The notes under the pieces: generated by a model
Database searches by the model: none
Told to the model about the DNA's origin: nothing
Seen by the model: the letters and a program-made list of their open reading frames with translations, nothing else
Shown: positions 1 to 26,199 of the stretch, one piece after another
Layout of the letters: the number at the start of each line of letters is the position of its first letter
How positions within the stretch are numbered: position 1 is the stretch's first letter
Program-made: the position numbers and the translations under genes
Assembly (NCBI GenBank): GCA_030141605.1
Contig: JAQGDQ010000164.1
Span: forward strand, 186,001 to 250,000
Source: Tubiluchus corallicola
Lineage: Eukaryota > Animalia > Priapulida
DNA length: 64,000 bases
Direction of reading: 5' to 3'

Positions 1-12
1 TGGTGCAGCATA

Positions 13-680
13 ACTAGAAACATTAGTCTGTTCCCCAGAAATGGACTGCTGATCAATTATTGGTCTAGGGTATTCTTGCTGGTAAATCTCCGCTTGAGGC
101 TACAGAAATTTTATAATTTTGACAAACAAGAAAACAAAAGTGTTAAAAGCTAGTCTAAGGGAACAAGTAAAGTGCATTTTGTTGTTAAGCTAAGCAGGTG
201 ATTTGTTTGACTTGAATTTATTGGTCAATGGAATTCACTGAACTCAAGATGAGGATAGAAAATGACGTCATTGCCAATTTGTGGAGACCCTGGATTTTTT
301 CAAAAATGAATGACCACCTTCCTCTTGATTTCAAAAATCGAACTCCGTCAATCGATGACGAATTCATTCTAGCTTATTCCTACAAAGTTTCATGATGACT
401 TGATCTGATGAGAAATGACTTTTTTTGAAAATGTTACAGCCACCATCTTGAGTTTAAGAGAACAAATAAAACATCTGAATCAGCAAGTTGAATTTGTTCT
501 AGTATGTTCTTATAAAGCTTTATGACAAACCACTGCTAATTAGCACTGATTTACGCTTTTTTTAAAAAAATGATGACATTATCGCTACTATCTTGAACTC
601 AAAATGGCTGATGAAAAATCCAACACCGTCAAACGACACAGAATTCATGGTAATCCATTGTGCATTGACAGAGCCTTAGA
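13..680. mobile_element. Degenerate non-autonomous DNA-type interspersed repeat (Helentron/HINE-like)
   Basis: Starts AACTAGAAAC and contains GCCACCATCTTGA, CAAAATGGC and AAAGTTTCAT motifs typical of such invertebrate repeats. Boundaries approximate. Confidence 0.3.
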
Positions 681-1030
681 TTTTATCAAAAAGTCATCCC
701 TTCTGATAAAGGTGATATCAGTAGTATTATGTCCTTTGAATGCATGCTCCTCATAGAGTTTAACTCCTTCAGGATCACAAAGCTCAAAATAGGACTTATG
801 AGACCTGTGATGTTTCTGCTATTTATGAACACAGACATAACTGAATGATTGCAAATTAGGAACTGTTCATTTCACGAGAGTCTCAGCTATTTAGTCATGC
901 TATTTGTTTAAGCATTTATAATGATTTAGTTGTTTAATATAGAAAAACACACATTTTCAGGCACCCCAACTTAGCGTATCAAGTACCTGAACCTGCTTTA
1001 CACTTGTACAATACTGATTGCATAAAAAAA

Positions 1031-2440
1031 CAGTCTGCTGCACAGAGTTCCAGGAAAAGTAATCCAGTCTGCTGCACAGAGTTCCAGGAAAAGTAATCCA
1101 GTCTGCTGCACAGAGTTCCAGGAAAAGTAATCCAGTCTGCTGCACAGAGTTCCAGGAAAAGTAATCCAGTCTGCTGCACAGAGTTCCAGGAAAAGTAATC
1201 CAGTCTGCTGCACAGAGTTCCAGGAAAAGTAATCCAGTCTGCTGCACAGAGTTCCAGGAAAAGTAATCCAGTCTGCTGCACAGAGTTCCAGGAAAAGTAA
1301 TCCAGTCTGCTGCACAGAGTTCCAGGAAAAGTAATCCAGTCTGCTGCACAGAGTTCCAGGAAAAGTAATCCAGTCTGCTGCACAGAGTTCCAGGAAAAGT
1401 AATCCAGTCTGCTACACAGAGTTCCAGGAAAAGTAATCCAGTCTGCTGCACAGAGTTCCAGGAAAAGTAATCCAGTCTGCTGCACAGAGTTCCAGGAAAA
1501 GTAATCCAGTCTGCTACACAGAGTTCCAGGAAAAGTTATCCAGTCTGCTACACAGAGTTCCAGGAAAAGTAATCCAGTCTGCTGCACAGAGTTCCAGGAA
1601 AAGTAATCCAGTCTGCTACACAGAGTACAAAGGAAAAGTAATCCAGTCTGCTGCACAGAGTTCCAGGAAAAGTAATCCAGTCTGCTGCACAGAGTTCCAG
1701 GAAAAGTAATCCAGTCTGCTGCACAGAGTTCCAGGAAAAGTAATCCAGTCTGCTGCACAGAGTTCCAGGAAAAGTAATCCAGTCTGCTGCACAGAGTTCC
1801 AGGAAAAGTAATCCAGTCTGCTGCACAGAGTTCCAGGAAAAGTAATCCAGTCTGCTACACAGAGTTCCAGGAAAAGTAATCCAGTCTGCTACACAACCAA
1901 AAAAACAAGTTCCAGGAAAAGTAATCCAGTCTGCTGCACAGAGTTCCAGGAAAAGTAATCCAGTCTGCCAGAGTTCCAGGAAAAGTAACACCCACAACCA
2001 AAAAGTAATCCAGTCTGCTCACAGAGTTCCAGGAAAAGTATCCAGTCTGCTCACAACCAAAAATCCAGTCTGCTGCACAGAGTTCCAGGAAAAGTAATCC
2101 AGTCTGCTGCACAGAGTTCCAGGAAAAGTAATCCAGTCTGCTACACAGAGTTCCAGGAAAAGTAATCCAGTCTGCTGCACAGAGTTCCAGGAAAAGTAAT
2201 CCAGTCTGCTACACAGAGTTCCAGGAAAAGTAATCCAGTCTGCTGCACAGAGTTCCAGGAAAAGTAATCCAGTCTGCTGCACAGAGTTCCAGGAAAAGTA
2301 ATCCAGTCTGCTACACAGAGTTCCAGGAAAAGTAATCCAGTCTGCTACACAGAGTTCCAGGAAAAGTAATCCAGTCTGCTGCACAGAGTTCCAGGAAAAG
2401 TAATCCAGTCTGCTGCACAGAGTTCGAGGAAAAGTAATCC
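1031..2440. repeat. 34-bp minisatellite, about 41 copies (CAGTCTGCTGCACAGAGTTCCAGGAAAAGTAATC), intronic
   Basis: Direct tandem periodicity with a scrambled stretch at ~1890-2065. Accounts for the repetitive ORFs at 957-2544. Confidence 0.97.
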
Positions 2441-2812
2441 ATCAAGCAATGACAAATTGAGGGGGTAGACTTGGGGCAAAAATGTATCAGACTGTTGTGT
2501 CTGCCGATTTCACACAAGTGATACTGTAAATTGTTATGGTGCAAACACTGCAGTTACTGAAAGCTGTTTTCAATTTTTTTGTTAAAAATTGATTTTTAAT
2601 TTTCCTAAGATAAGCAAATGCCATTCATATATAATTTTACATAAAAGACCATTATGTGAGTAGATAGCTACAAAAATTATTAAATATGTAATCGTTGCTT
2701 AGTGAGAGCAGTTTTTCACGAACCCAAGCAAAATGCAGTGATGAAACAGTTAAAACAGCACAGATTGGCATGTCATGAAACAGTTAAAACAGCACAGATT
2801 GACATGTCCTAC

Positions 2813-16008
<13,196 letters not shown>

Positions 16009-16488
16009 CTGCATTTGATGGTATAGACAAGTTTTAGATGTATTCTGTTGAAAAGTGATCACTGTTAAACTTCCTTTTAACAGCTTAAGATCTGTAAAAT
16101 CATATTTGCAAATTAACAACAAGAAAGCAAGAAACATTCGCTAACCTGGAAAACAAGTAAATCAAAAATAGTCTAACTGCACGTTCCAATTCCTTATCAT
16201 TCTCATTCTGCATATGACAACCAAGCATATCAAAAACTTAAATTACAGAGAAAGGACCACTGACTGATTTTGCAACTTATCATACTGAAATAGTATTACT
16301 CAAAAACTGAAATAATGATAAGGTTTTTATAACTGTTGGTAATAATGGTGGCTAGGTTATAGAACTGAACTTTCTACAGCCAGTTTTTAAGATGTCCTAT
16401 GCATTAATTTTTAAACTATGCAGATTTGAGGAGGTCACTGCTTTAAAATTTAACTTGTATAAAAAGCATAATTGAGTTACGTCTCCTA

Positions 16489-16740
16489 GGGTACAGTCTA
16501 GTTCTGCTTGCTAGATTGACAGATTTTGGACCATGTGGGTACGGTCTAGTTTTGCCTGCTAGACTGGCAGATTTTGGAACATGTGGGTATGGTCTAGTTT
16601 TGCCTGCTAGATTGACAGATTTTGGACCATGTGGGTATGGTCTAGTTTTGCCTGCTAGATTGACAGATTTTGGACCATGTGGGTATGGTCTAGTTTTGCC
16701 TGCTAGACTGACAGATTTTGGACCATGTGGGTACGGTCTA
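16489..16740. repeat. 48-bp minisatellite, about 5 copies
   Basis: Unit gggtatggtctagttttgcctgctagattgacagattttggaccatgt. Confidence 0.95.
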
Positions 16741-18269
16741 GCATCAGTCAATCGTTCTGTTTAGGCAATTTGTGAACAACTCACTGCTCAGTTGATTGCA
16801 AAACATTAAAAACAAAATGTTTTTTCTAGAACTATTTCTTGTAGGCAAAAACTGTCTATATTCAAAAAACGGAACTTATTACATAAAATAAAAACAAAAT
16901 TATCACAAAATTACTGAAGTAGAATGTAAGACAAGACATATGATTCAACTTATTTGATTTCACATAATTCCAAGCAATAAACAAATTACATGTCAAATGA
17001 ATTGAATGTGTAAAGCAGAATCAATTGAAAAGAATGTCCTGGCACCCAGGTAAATGGAAGAAAATGATTGGTGCCCAGTCATTTCAAACAACTCGACAAA
17101 AGAATCTATTCCCACCTGACCGGCTGATTAAACCACACAAAAAAAAATCAATAAGCGTAAACTGCTTTTAGCAAAACAACCTGTTCAACAAAAACTGTCA
17201 AATACATGAACAATGAATGAATGAATGAATGAATAAATCAACAAAGAACATACTGATCCTCAGTATACAATAAAAAGCAGAATTTTAAAGTCAAAGAAGA
17301 CGAGCATTCATTTGTAAAAGACGAACAAAAAGATCATATGGCGAGTCGCCATCGCATAATGATCCATTTCATGCCTATTGTATCAAATTTTTAAAAATCC
17401 CAGTTAGACAGGTGGGGTTCCTTCCTGTGAGACAGAGTCCCGATTTTTCCTTCCCACCCAAGAAAACAATGGAATGACATAATAACTGGGAAGATCAATC
17501 TTCCCAAATTTCTTAAAAATCTGACCATTCTTTGTCAATCACTTTGATGACAATTTTGTAACGTTCCACTTGCATTTTGAATCTTCTCATCATACGTGGC
17601 CATTGTCTTGTTGTGTCTTATGTCATTCAAATAAAAGAATGCTTCTGGCCGATTTTCACTCAATCACACGAGTTAAGACATAAATTATCTGATACAAATA
17701 AATAAACAATTTGCCAGATGAAAAATAGATAAAGAATCAACACATCAACGTTCATTCCTTACCTATCATCAATCAATCATAAGCTACAAAACCAATTTCG
17801 TAAAATCGTGAAATGCAGCAATTCCATGCTTGCCGGGTGTTCAGGTATTGATTAAACACACACGAGTTGACGATACGACACTCCATGATCGTCAGAAATT
17901 TGCCAATAAACCGTCAACTGAATAGAAATATGCAACTTTAGAATTCATTGAAGTGCGCAGAATGAGCATTGCCTGCGGAACAGCTAGAAATTTAAATTTT
18001 GAAGCATCTCGATGTGGCATATTTATGAATAGCAAGACGGACAAGCAGGTATGGTTTGTAAAGATGAAAACTCAATGCGCAGTTCACAAACATATGTCTA
18101 CTATGCAAGAAGACTCACAGTTTAATCACAGTTATCATATATGTACATGGAACAGCATTTACTGCTTTGACAAGTTTACGCATCTCTTCTCAGCGAAAAT
18201 GATCCCATTATCAACGATCAGTCAACATTTCCAACTCTGTATAAATATTAACATTGGATTAATGCATTT

Positions 18270-21200
18270 ATGAAGCTCTTCCTCCACAAACTGTTCTTAG
18301 CGATGATGCTGCCCGCTACCATAGCAACTGCTGCGGGAAATGAACCGGTGACAGTAATGTCATTGAATGTGTCAATACCACTCGATCTGGACATCGAATA
18401 TACGGTCGTGGAAGTTTTCTTGGGCTTCATGTCATTTGTCAGCAATCTCGTGGTCTTCTGCATGATTCTCGCAAGACCGATGTTGCGGAAACACACTAGC
18501 AATCTGTATGTGGCATCATTGGCAGCAGCTGACTGTTTGTTTGGATGCATTGTCTGCCCATTTGCCATCCTCAACAGCATTGGACTACCCAGAAACTATC
18601 CAGCCTGCCTTATGATGCAGAGTGCTATCATGATTTTAGCAGGCAGCACCACTACATGCTTGACCGCTGTGACAATTGACCGATGGATAGCTATTTCACA
18701 ACCATTCAGGTATGATAATAAATTTAACAAATCTTTATTGACTGTCTTGCTGATATACCAAGCTTGTATTTGGTGGGTCATCTTTATTCTGTACAAGAAG
18801 GACTTGTATTTGGTGGGTCGTCTTTATTCTGTACAAGAAGGACTTGTATTTGGTGGGTCATCTTTATTCTTTACAAGAAGAACTTATATTTGATGGGTAA
18901 CCTTTTTTCTATACAAGAAGGACTTGTATTTGGTGGGTCGTCTTTATTCTTTACAAGAAGAATTATTTACATTTCTCAGTTTATCAAACTGTTAATAGTA
19001 ACCCATGCATAGGAATTCAGTGTAAAGAATTGCAAAGAATAAATGCCTGTCACAAATATTTTAACTAATCAGTTTACGCCAAACTTCTTTCAAGTAAATT
19101 TCTTGTCAAGCAGAAAAAACAATAAAGCTACAAAGGCAGTAGAGATTTTTAGCTGCAACAAAAACTACAGCTACCAATGATATCCCCATGCATGACATAC
19201 GAGTGACTAAGTATAAGAAAATTAGAAACATTACACAAAGCTAAACAGTTAGCAACAAAGTGAATAAAAAAATTGTTTCACAATTAAATGAAAACACTAG
19301 ATGAAAAATTTCAATGGTAAATCACTTAAATATAAATAGGAAGTTAAATGCTGCGTCGCCTGTTATTTTCTGCTGTCTGTCTAGTTAAATGTTATCAGTC
19401 TATCTACATTACTTTTTTGATCGGGCTCAGGATCTGTAAAATTTGGCCATATTGGGGGGACGGCAGTTGTTGTGGTCAAATTTGTTTCTGAAAGCTGTCA
19501 CAAGTCATAGTTTTCATCACAGGAGGCCGAAATTTTACCAGATACTATAGACCATTGTACAGACCAGTAATGGATCCGATTTTTTCACTTTCACTTTCCC
19601 AATAGGGACCTCAGATATGCCCATTAAACGGATCATATGCCCATTATTATTTGTTATGTTGTTTATTGTTCCTTTCACTATACTTTACAAATGAATCTAT
19701 CTAGCAATATGCATTCAATTTTTTTTTACAAAAAATGTATTTTATGACTATGGCAACTGCTTCTACATTTTACTTATGGAAACTTTAGCTACACAAGAAA
19801 ACAGCAAGTAGGACAATGCCAGCTGCAAGCACATTAGTGTTTCCATTCTAGTTCACTGATCTCTATTACTTTTTTGCAGATACACAGAATGGATGACAAC
19901 AAACAAAGCACTGATTATAATAACTATTTGCTGGATTGTTGCAATATTCATAGGACTTATACCAGCCATGGGATTCAACATGGGTATGCCAGTAGTTCCC
20001 AGGTAATACACTATTGGAAAAGATGCATGGGGTGATTGCTTTCTTAAAATCCTTTCTTAGATATGTTACAATACACTGTAAGCGCTATTATGTATTAAAT
20101 GATATTCTGCAGTAAGTTTCGCGTAAGGTGAATGAGTTAAGAAAAATCATGGTAGCCATCTTGTATGGCATTTGTTAAAAAACCTAATGAATTTTTTGTT
20201 TATCCAGAGTGGTACGGATCATTCCTCAATCACTGACTAATTATTGTAATAAAGAATGAACTCAGTCAATCAGGAAATGATTCTGCTAGCCATTGTAATA
20301 GTTTGCTACTTCAATGGATGCAGGACTTGCAACCAGTGGCGGCTCCTGTATAGACACTGTGGTACTCCAACACCCTCTATTTTTGCACAATATAGTGCTC
20401 AATATAATGACTATTTTTTCTTTAATTCTTTCTTTATACTTGTACAGAACCAGAGCACATGACGGAACTGGGCACTTCACGGGTTCAGCAATGTGCTGTT
20501 TAGCTGTTGTGTGCATGCGAGCCATGCATACATGTCTGAGACAAGATGCTGCACTCTATCTAGAGAGAGCACTGTTGCTCACACAATCTGTGTTGTCTGT
20601 TGTCACTGGCATATTCTTGAATGTGATAAAGTGTAGCATTAGATTTTGACTCAACGTGTGTTGTGCTTAAAATTCAAATAATTTAGTCATGGCCTTCTTG
20701 CATTCCCAAGAAATAAGTTCTGTGACTATAAGTAAACTTCAAAAGCTTAAGTTTTCACAGTTGTCTTTCCAGGAGAAAGTAGCAGTTAAGAAGAGGCTGT
20801 TCAACAATGCAGAAACAATGGCCATAAAATTTCAGAAGCAGCACCCCCGCGAACTCTAGCTACGAGCGGCTACTGCTTGTAACTACAAACAAAAATCACT
20901 TTTTTCAACAGGGAATTCCGTTATTTCCATGACAGGCATTTTTGAAATGCCATGACAGTTTATGATATACTGAAAAGTCTGAACTGAGAACATACATTAG
21001 AAATAAGCATTAGTTAACGGGCAAAGCAAAATTTCTGGGGCACGCAGATATCAATTTCACATAACAATTTTCAATTACTTACGACTTGTGTATTGTTTGA
21101 CCCGTGAAACGAAATATCCACACAATAATACAATTCAGATTCACATTAACATCTAGACAAAATTATCTCAAATAGATTAAAACATTGTATGAAAATGCAG

Positions 21201-22966
21201 TTTTTGAATAACGCGCCAATGCTACAAGACCTATGTGTTCATGTGTTTTATCGAATTTACAACACATAATTAAGACTGCTCACTCGTGTTTTCACTTTTT
21301 CACACTGGTACTATTGTTCCTCTAGCAAATTTTTCATTTGTGCGGATCCACCACTGAGTTTTTATTTTAGATGCAAACAATGGAAATGATCATATCAAAA
21401 ATTGTTTTCATGCAGAGAGATTGTGGAAGATGTTGAATTTATGATGTTAAACTAAAGAATCTATTTTACAGGTGCCTGTTTATGGAAATCATAGACTTGA
21501 AATACATGGCCTTCTTCATGTTTGTCATCGTAATTCCGTCATCAATTGTCATTTCCGTATTTTACGTAATAATATTTCTCAATGTTCGCAAACATGTAAG
21601 TAATGCACTATGTGGTAACATCAAAAAGTATCAACTCTTAGATGCTACTAAACTTGTACTTGCTAAACTTATTTCAAGTATGTTACTATTTAAAAAATTA
21701 CGGATAAAGATTTCCGAAAAAGTTCCCAAAAAGTGTACGTTTTCGACAGAATAAAATTAGACAAGTGCAATGAAGTAAACACAGCTATTTTTAGCATATG
21801 ACAGTCTAATGCAGTATAGTATAGCATAGCATAGTATGCCTAAGTATGGTGTTCCATAGCATATCAGAGAATAGGACAGCATGCATAGAATGTAATTTTC
21901 ACCTACATTAAAGCCGTGATTATTAATCTGAAGGAACGCCCCACACAATTTAGATAGCCTAACCCTATTCCTAAACCTTACCCTAACCCCAACCCATCCT
22001 TAAACCTAATCCTAACCCTAAACCGAATCCACTTCATGAACTAATTTTTTGTAAACTTTAGCCCATTAATTTATATTGAAATGAGGTTATTATAATAGAC
22101 AGACAATGCAACTGAAATAACTGGTTCCAATTTGAGGACATTGGTCAAACAGTTTAGTTTCTCTTTTTATATATCTAGCTACTTGAAGCCAAAAAAAGAC
22201 CTGTAGTGTATACTCGAATTAATAAGAAAGTATTTCACTATATCTCAGCATCAGAGCTTATAGATATCTTGTCTAATATCTTCTATATAAGGTCTTTCAG
22301 AGGTCTAATAAGTTTCACTGCATTGGGATAGCAGTAGAATTTACCTTATAAACTGGGAAGATTTTTCCTTTTCATTTTGCATTTTTTCTTCATTTCTGAT
22401 TTGCTACTATAATAATTAATGTATTTAATAATACATGCAGTCTAAATCATTTTACTAATTGTTATTTTTCATTTTTCAATACCGTTACTTAAGCAAGTTT
22501 ATAGCTAACATTCAACTTGATTAACTGTTTCGTCCATCAAATGCTACACAACAACACTTTTATGTACGACACGTAACTGCGACTTTCACAATTACAGATT
22601 CGACAAATTGCCGCACAGGAGATGCTTCCGTCAATCACGTCACATGACAAGCAGCATGTGTCCGTCTGGAAACGGGAAGTTCGTGTCGCAAAGATGCTCT
22701 TCTTTATCGTTATCTGGTTCATGATTTGCTGGTATCCCATCTACATTGTTGACATTATTCTTGCATTTGCAGGCGGCACCATTGACATTTCACTAGACGT
22801 TATCCGAAGTCTGGTGTACTTATCACACACAAACAGTGCGATCAACCCATTCTTGTACGCATTTGGTAGCCAAGAATTCCGAAAAGAAATAAAATCCATG
22901 CTGCCTAAGTGTGTTCACAACCTTGGTCAGACAGAAACCTTAAGAGATTCGTCATCAGAGACTTGA
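18270..22966 (+). CDS. AdoR: Adenosine receptor-like class A GPCR, about 351 aa. Exons 18270-18709, 19880-20002, 21472-21595, 22598-22966
   Basis: Phase-compatible GT-AG exons. TM1 YTVVE, TM2 SLAAADCLFGCIVCPFAI, TM3 DRW, ECL2 CLF, TM6 CWYP, TM7 LSHTNSAINPFLYA are adenosine-receptor family signatures. Confidence 0.9.
18762..18960. repeat. 40-bp minisatellite, 5 copies, in GPCR intron 1
   Basis: Unit gacttgtatttggtgggtcRtctttattctKtacaagaag, starting ~50 nt after the donor. Confidence 0.93.
21956..22025. repeat. Degenerate (CCCTAA)n-like tract
   Basis: cctaaccctattcctaaaccttaccctaacccc...; commonly found inside invertebrate DNA transposons. Confidence 0.6.
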
Positions 22967-23871
22967 GTGTTATTTATGGATTCAGTTTGCAGCAAAACTC
23001 TTCTAAGTCATTTTGCGCGCTTCGCTAACAACTGTATCTATTTGGTCTCTAAGGCTAAAGCAGCTAAAAAGTAAACTAACTAATAAATAGGTGAGATTAA
23101 TGCAGAGTAATAGTTTAAAATAAGATTCTTTACATAGACAGTAGCGGCAAACAGTAGGAAAGAAATGAGATAAAACAAACCCAATCAAGAGCAAAATATG
23201 ATGTAGTAAACATGTGAAATTAATTGCTGTTAATGCCTGCTGCTAATTTCAATGGGGTTTGCAGTGGCAAAAACTTTGTTCACACCGTCGTGTGTTTCGT
23301 TATTATGATTAACACATAATGTGTTTTGTAAAATAATCATCCAAAAACTATAAGATTACAAATCTGATAAGACTTCATTTAGCAATGTCATCTTTAGTAA
23401 AAATAAAGCTAAATTGCTGGTTAATCAAGCAAGATCTAAAACTAGTATTGAGTTTTATTTATAAGCAGCTAAACTAGTAACAACAAAGATAATAATAAAA
23501 AGAGTTAGGGCCACTTCAGCACGAAGAGATGGAAATTAAAAGCTTAAATTACAGAGAGGATTATGGTATTGTAATATTTTTTATAGAAAGTTACATCTAT
23601 GCAGCTAAAAGGACGAGAATCGCTCTAAGCAAGACAATGAAGCAACGGCCAGCTGCAAAACAAAAAACAAATTTCCCCCAAAAAACACTGCAAAGAATAT
23701 AAAAAATACAAATCATATATTCGATGCAGTGTTTTTGCATAGTCACACAATCAATATTGTGCTTTCATACGACAGACATCATAGAAAAAATAAGGTAATA
23801 TGATCATCTAGCATGCGCTATTAAATATTTATACTAACTACTACAATGATCGAAAAAAGTGTAATCATTAC

Positions 23872-23903
23872 CTGCCTTGTTTGCTATAACGATCTGATCC
23901 AAT
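23872..23903 (-). CDS. RBM5: Putative first coding exon segment of RBM5/10 ([I]GSDRYSKQGR)
   Basis: CAG|gtaatg phase-2 donor fits the 16008 acceptor; GSDR resembles human RBM5 MGSDKR. No ATG in frame. Confidence 0.45.
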
Positions 23904-24049
23904 CAATTAATCAAGATTCTGAGCATTTGATGAGATATTCCAAATAAAGTTTGCTTTGAACAGCATCTCAGCCGTTCAATGCACAGCAGTTTAATTATTA
24001 AAGCAAACACCGTATGTCAGCAGAATGAAGAACCGTATTTATCCATTCA

Positions 24050-24710
24050 TACATCTATCACAGAATATCCTTGTAGAGCAATCATTTGCTTGCCTTTCTT
24101 AAAAGGATTAAATGAAGAATGGTGAGGGGGGTGAGAGTATCTTTGATAGACATAACAACAGTGATGTTTACCTTCCAACAATAACAGCAATCTGTTCTAG
24201 TAAAAAACATACAAATTAGAGATGTGACAAATGCAGTATTTGATGAATACCAAAATTATTTCATTTTGTCTCAAATAAAGAACTGTACAAAAAAATAAAA
24301 GAGAAACTTTCAGCAAAATAAAAAGGCAGCGTTTAAGATAGGTTGGGCATAGGCTTAGACTACTTGGACATAGTCTAGTGAAGACAGCTCATCCACAAGC
24401 AGCAGAACCAGCAAGGAGTCAACAGGAGGACAGATGTTAACATATAGTTCAAATAAAACTACGAGCGCCAATTTTACTACTCAAATACTTATTATCAAAT
24501 ATTCAAGAATATATATATGTATACTCATTCATATATCTATCACAGAATATCCTTGTAGTGAAATCATTTGCTTGCCTTTCTTAAAAAGATTAAATGAAGA
24601 ATGGTGGGAAGTGGAAGTATCCTTGACAGAGACAACAACAACAGCGTTTAGCTTCCAAGAACAAGAGCAATCTGTTCTAGCAAAAAACATACAAATTAGA
24701 GAAGTGACGA
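24050..24710. repeat. About 180-bp direct duplication (24050-24230 and 24530-24710) flanking an RTE-like 3' fragment (24240-24445)
   Basis: atctatcacagaatatccttgtag... occurs twice; the middle fragment matches 57150-57275. Confidence 0.7.
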
Positions 24711-26199
24711 TATATTTGTACAGGGTACCTGCAGGTAATTTTCTATAAACATAAAGTGACACTTTCTGACAATCAGGCACCAAATTTATAACACTATAAT
24801 GAAAGTAGCACAGAATAAGAAACACTAATTTACTCATATGTAAGCACATGTACGACACATGCAAGCACATATGTTTTACTATGCATACATCACACATGCA
24901 AGCACATGTTTTACTCTCATTTGAAAAGCACTAACATCAGTAACAAGCGATGTTTCATATGATGTCCTTCTGAGAATTCTATGTGACGTCACAACAAAGC
25001 ACTTCACAGAAAAACATTAGATAAAGAAAAAATAACAATGACAAAAACCAGAATGAAAGAGACCTCGTTATAAGTCACTCAGTTTGAAGGAAGAAACCGT
25101 AAATGTGGGTACATAATCAGACAAACTTGTCACCTGATCAAATTACCAGCAGATAGCAAAATTTTAATAATATCCAGTTTTAATCCTTTTTTAAAATTTT
25201 TCATACAATAATCCAATCTAGGTATGTTCTATTACCATTTTACATTTCATTGGTATGTATTCACATTGACTACATTAGTCAGGTTTGGAGTCTGCACCAA
25301 AAGGTAGAAGAACTGAAAAGGTTCAAGAGTGTTCGTGGCATTATTGAAGGTCTTGAGGTTTGTAATTCTAAAATGAATCTGTAGAATGCAATTCACGAAG
25401 AAACTGTAAATGCTGTTAAAGTAAAAACCCAGCCTCACGATGGTTTTTAGCAAAAGTTCAAGGAACATTTTCTGAAACAATATTTCCAATAAAGAATCAA
25501 ACATTTGAGTAAATATGCCATGCAATTTTCAGATCATATCACTGTTGGGTGATAACATCATGATAAGCAGGCTTGAGGTATGAATAGTACTTTTCAAGGG
25601 TGAACGGGCCTAAACAGACACCTGAATATAACCAGTTAGACTAGTGTTCTCCTAATGCACTTCGTTAAAATGCCAACTTTTTATCATTCGAAAGTAGACA
25701 GTATAAAGAGGTTTTACTGTATTCGGATATTATATATAGGATACCTGATATTTAGCAAAATTCCAACATTTCCGGATAAGACGAACTGCTGACATTTGCT
25801 TAAATATTGTATGATTTTTTCTGCTTACCTTTCAAACATTAAAAAACCATACAAGATAAAGCATGAGAGTGAGTAAGTTTACATAATATCCAAAGCCAAT
25901 AATGTAATACAAAAAGTGCATTTGTTTTGAACAGAGATTGTGGCAAAACTAGTATAACTGTCTGTGGTTTGAAAAATTGATAAAATTCTTTTTTCTGAAT
26001 GAAAATGAATAACTTGCCTTCGTATTCTAAGTCTTTGGTGAGACAGCTGTCATCCAGACAGACCTAACATTATGCCCAAGTCAACAAAAATTTTAATGTC
26101 TGGATATATACCAAATTTACTAGGCCTACACAAACTTCATAATGGGTGGTACTAAATATCGTAAAGTGCATCCTAATAAAGAAAAACTGTAATACATAG

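Noticed and set aside
1890-2065. Scrambled units within the 34-bp array as unique spacers
   Set aside because: They look like low-quality consensus or local slippage, similar to 38835-39130.
1031-2440. CRISPR-like appearance of the 32-40-bp repeats
   Set aside because: Head-to-tail units with no unique spacers, no cas genes, and a eukaryotic context.
957-2544. Long repetitive ORFs (QQTGLLFLELCAADW...)
   Set aside because: Produced by a stop-free 34-bp minisatellite open in all three minus frames; no coding signal.
16443-16764. Neuropeptide-like repeat ORF (TRPYPHGPKSVNLAGK)n
   Set aside because: 48-bp minisatellite open on both strands, with no signal peptide or supporting splice sites.
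21956-22025. Interstitial telomere or chromosome fusion site
   Set aside because: Short, degenerate and in a single orientation; typical of transposon internal tracts.
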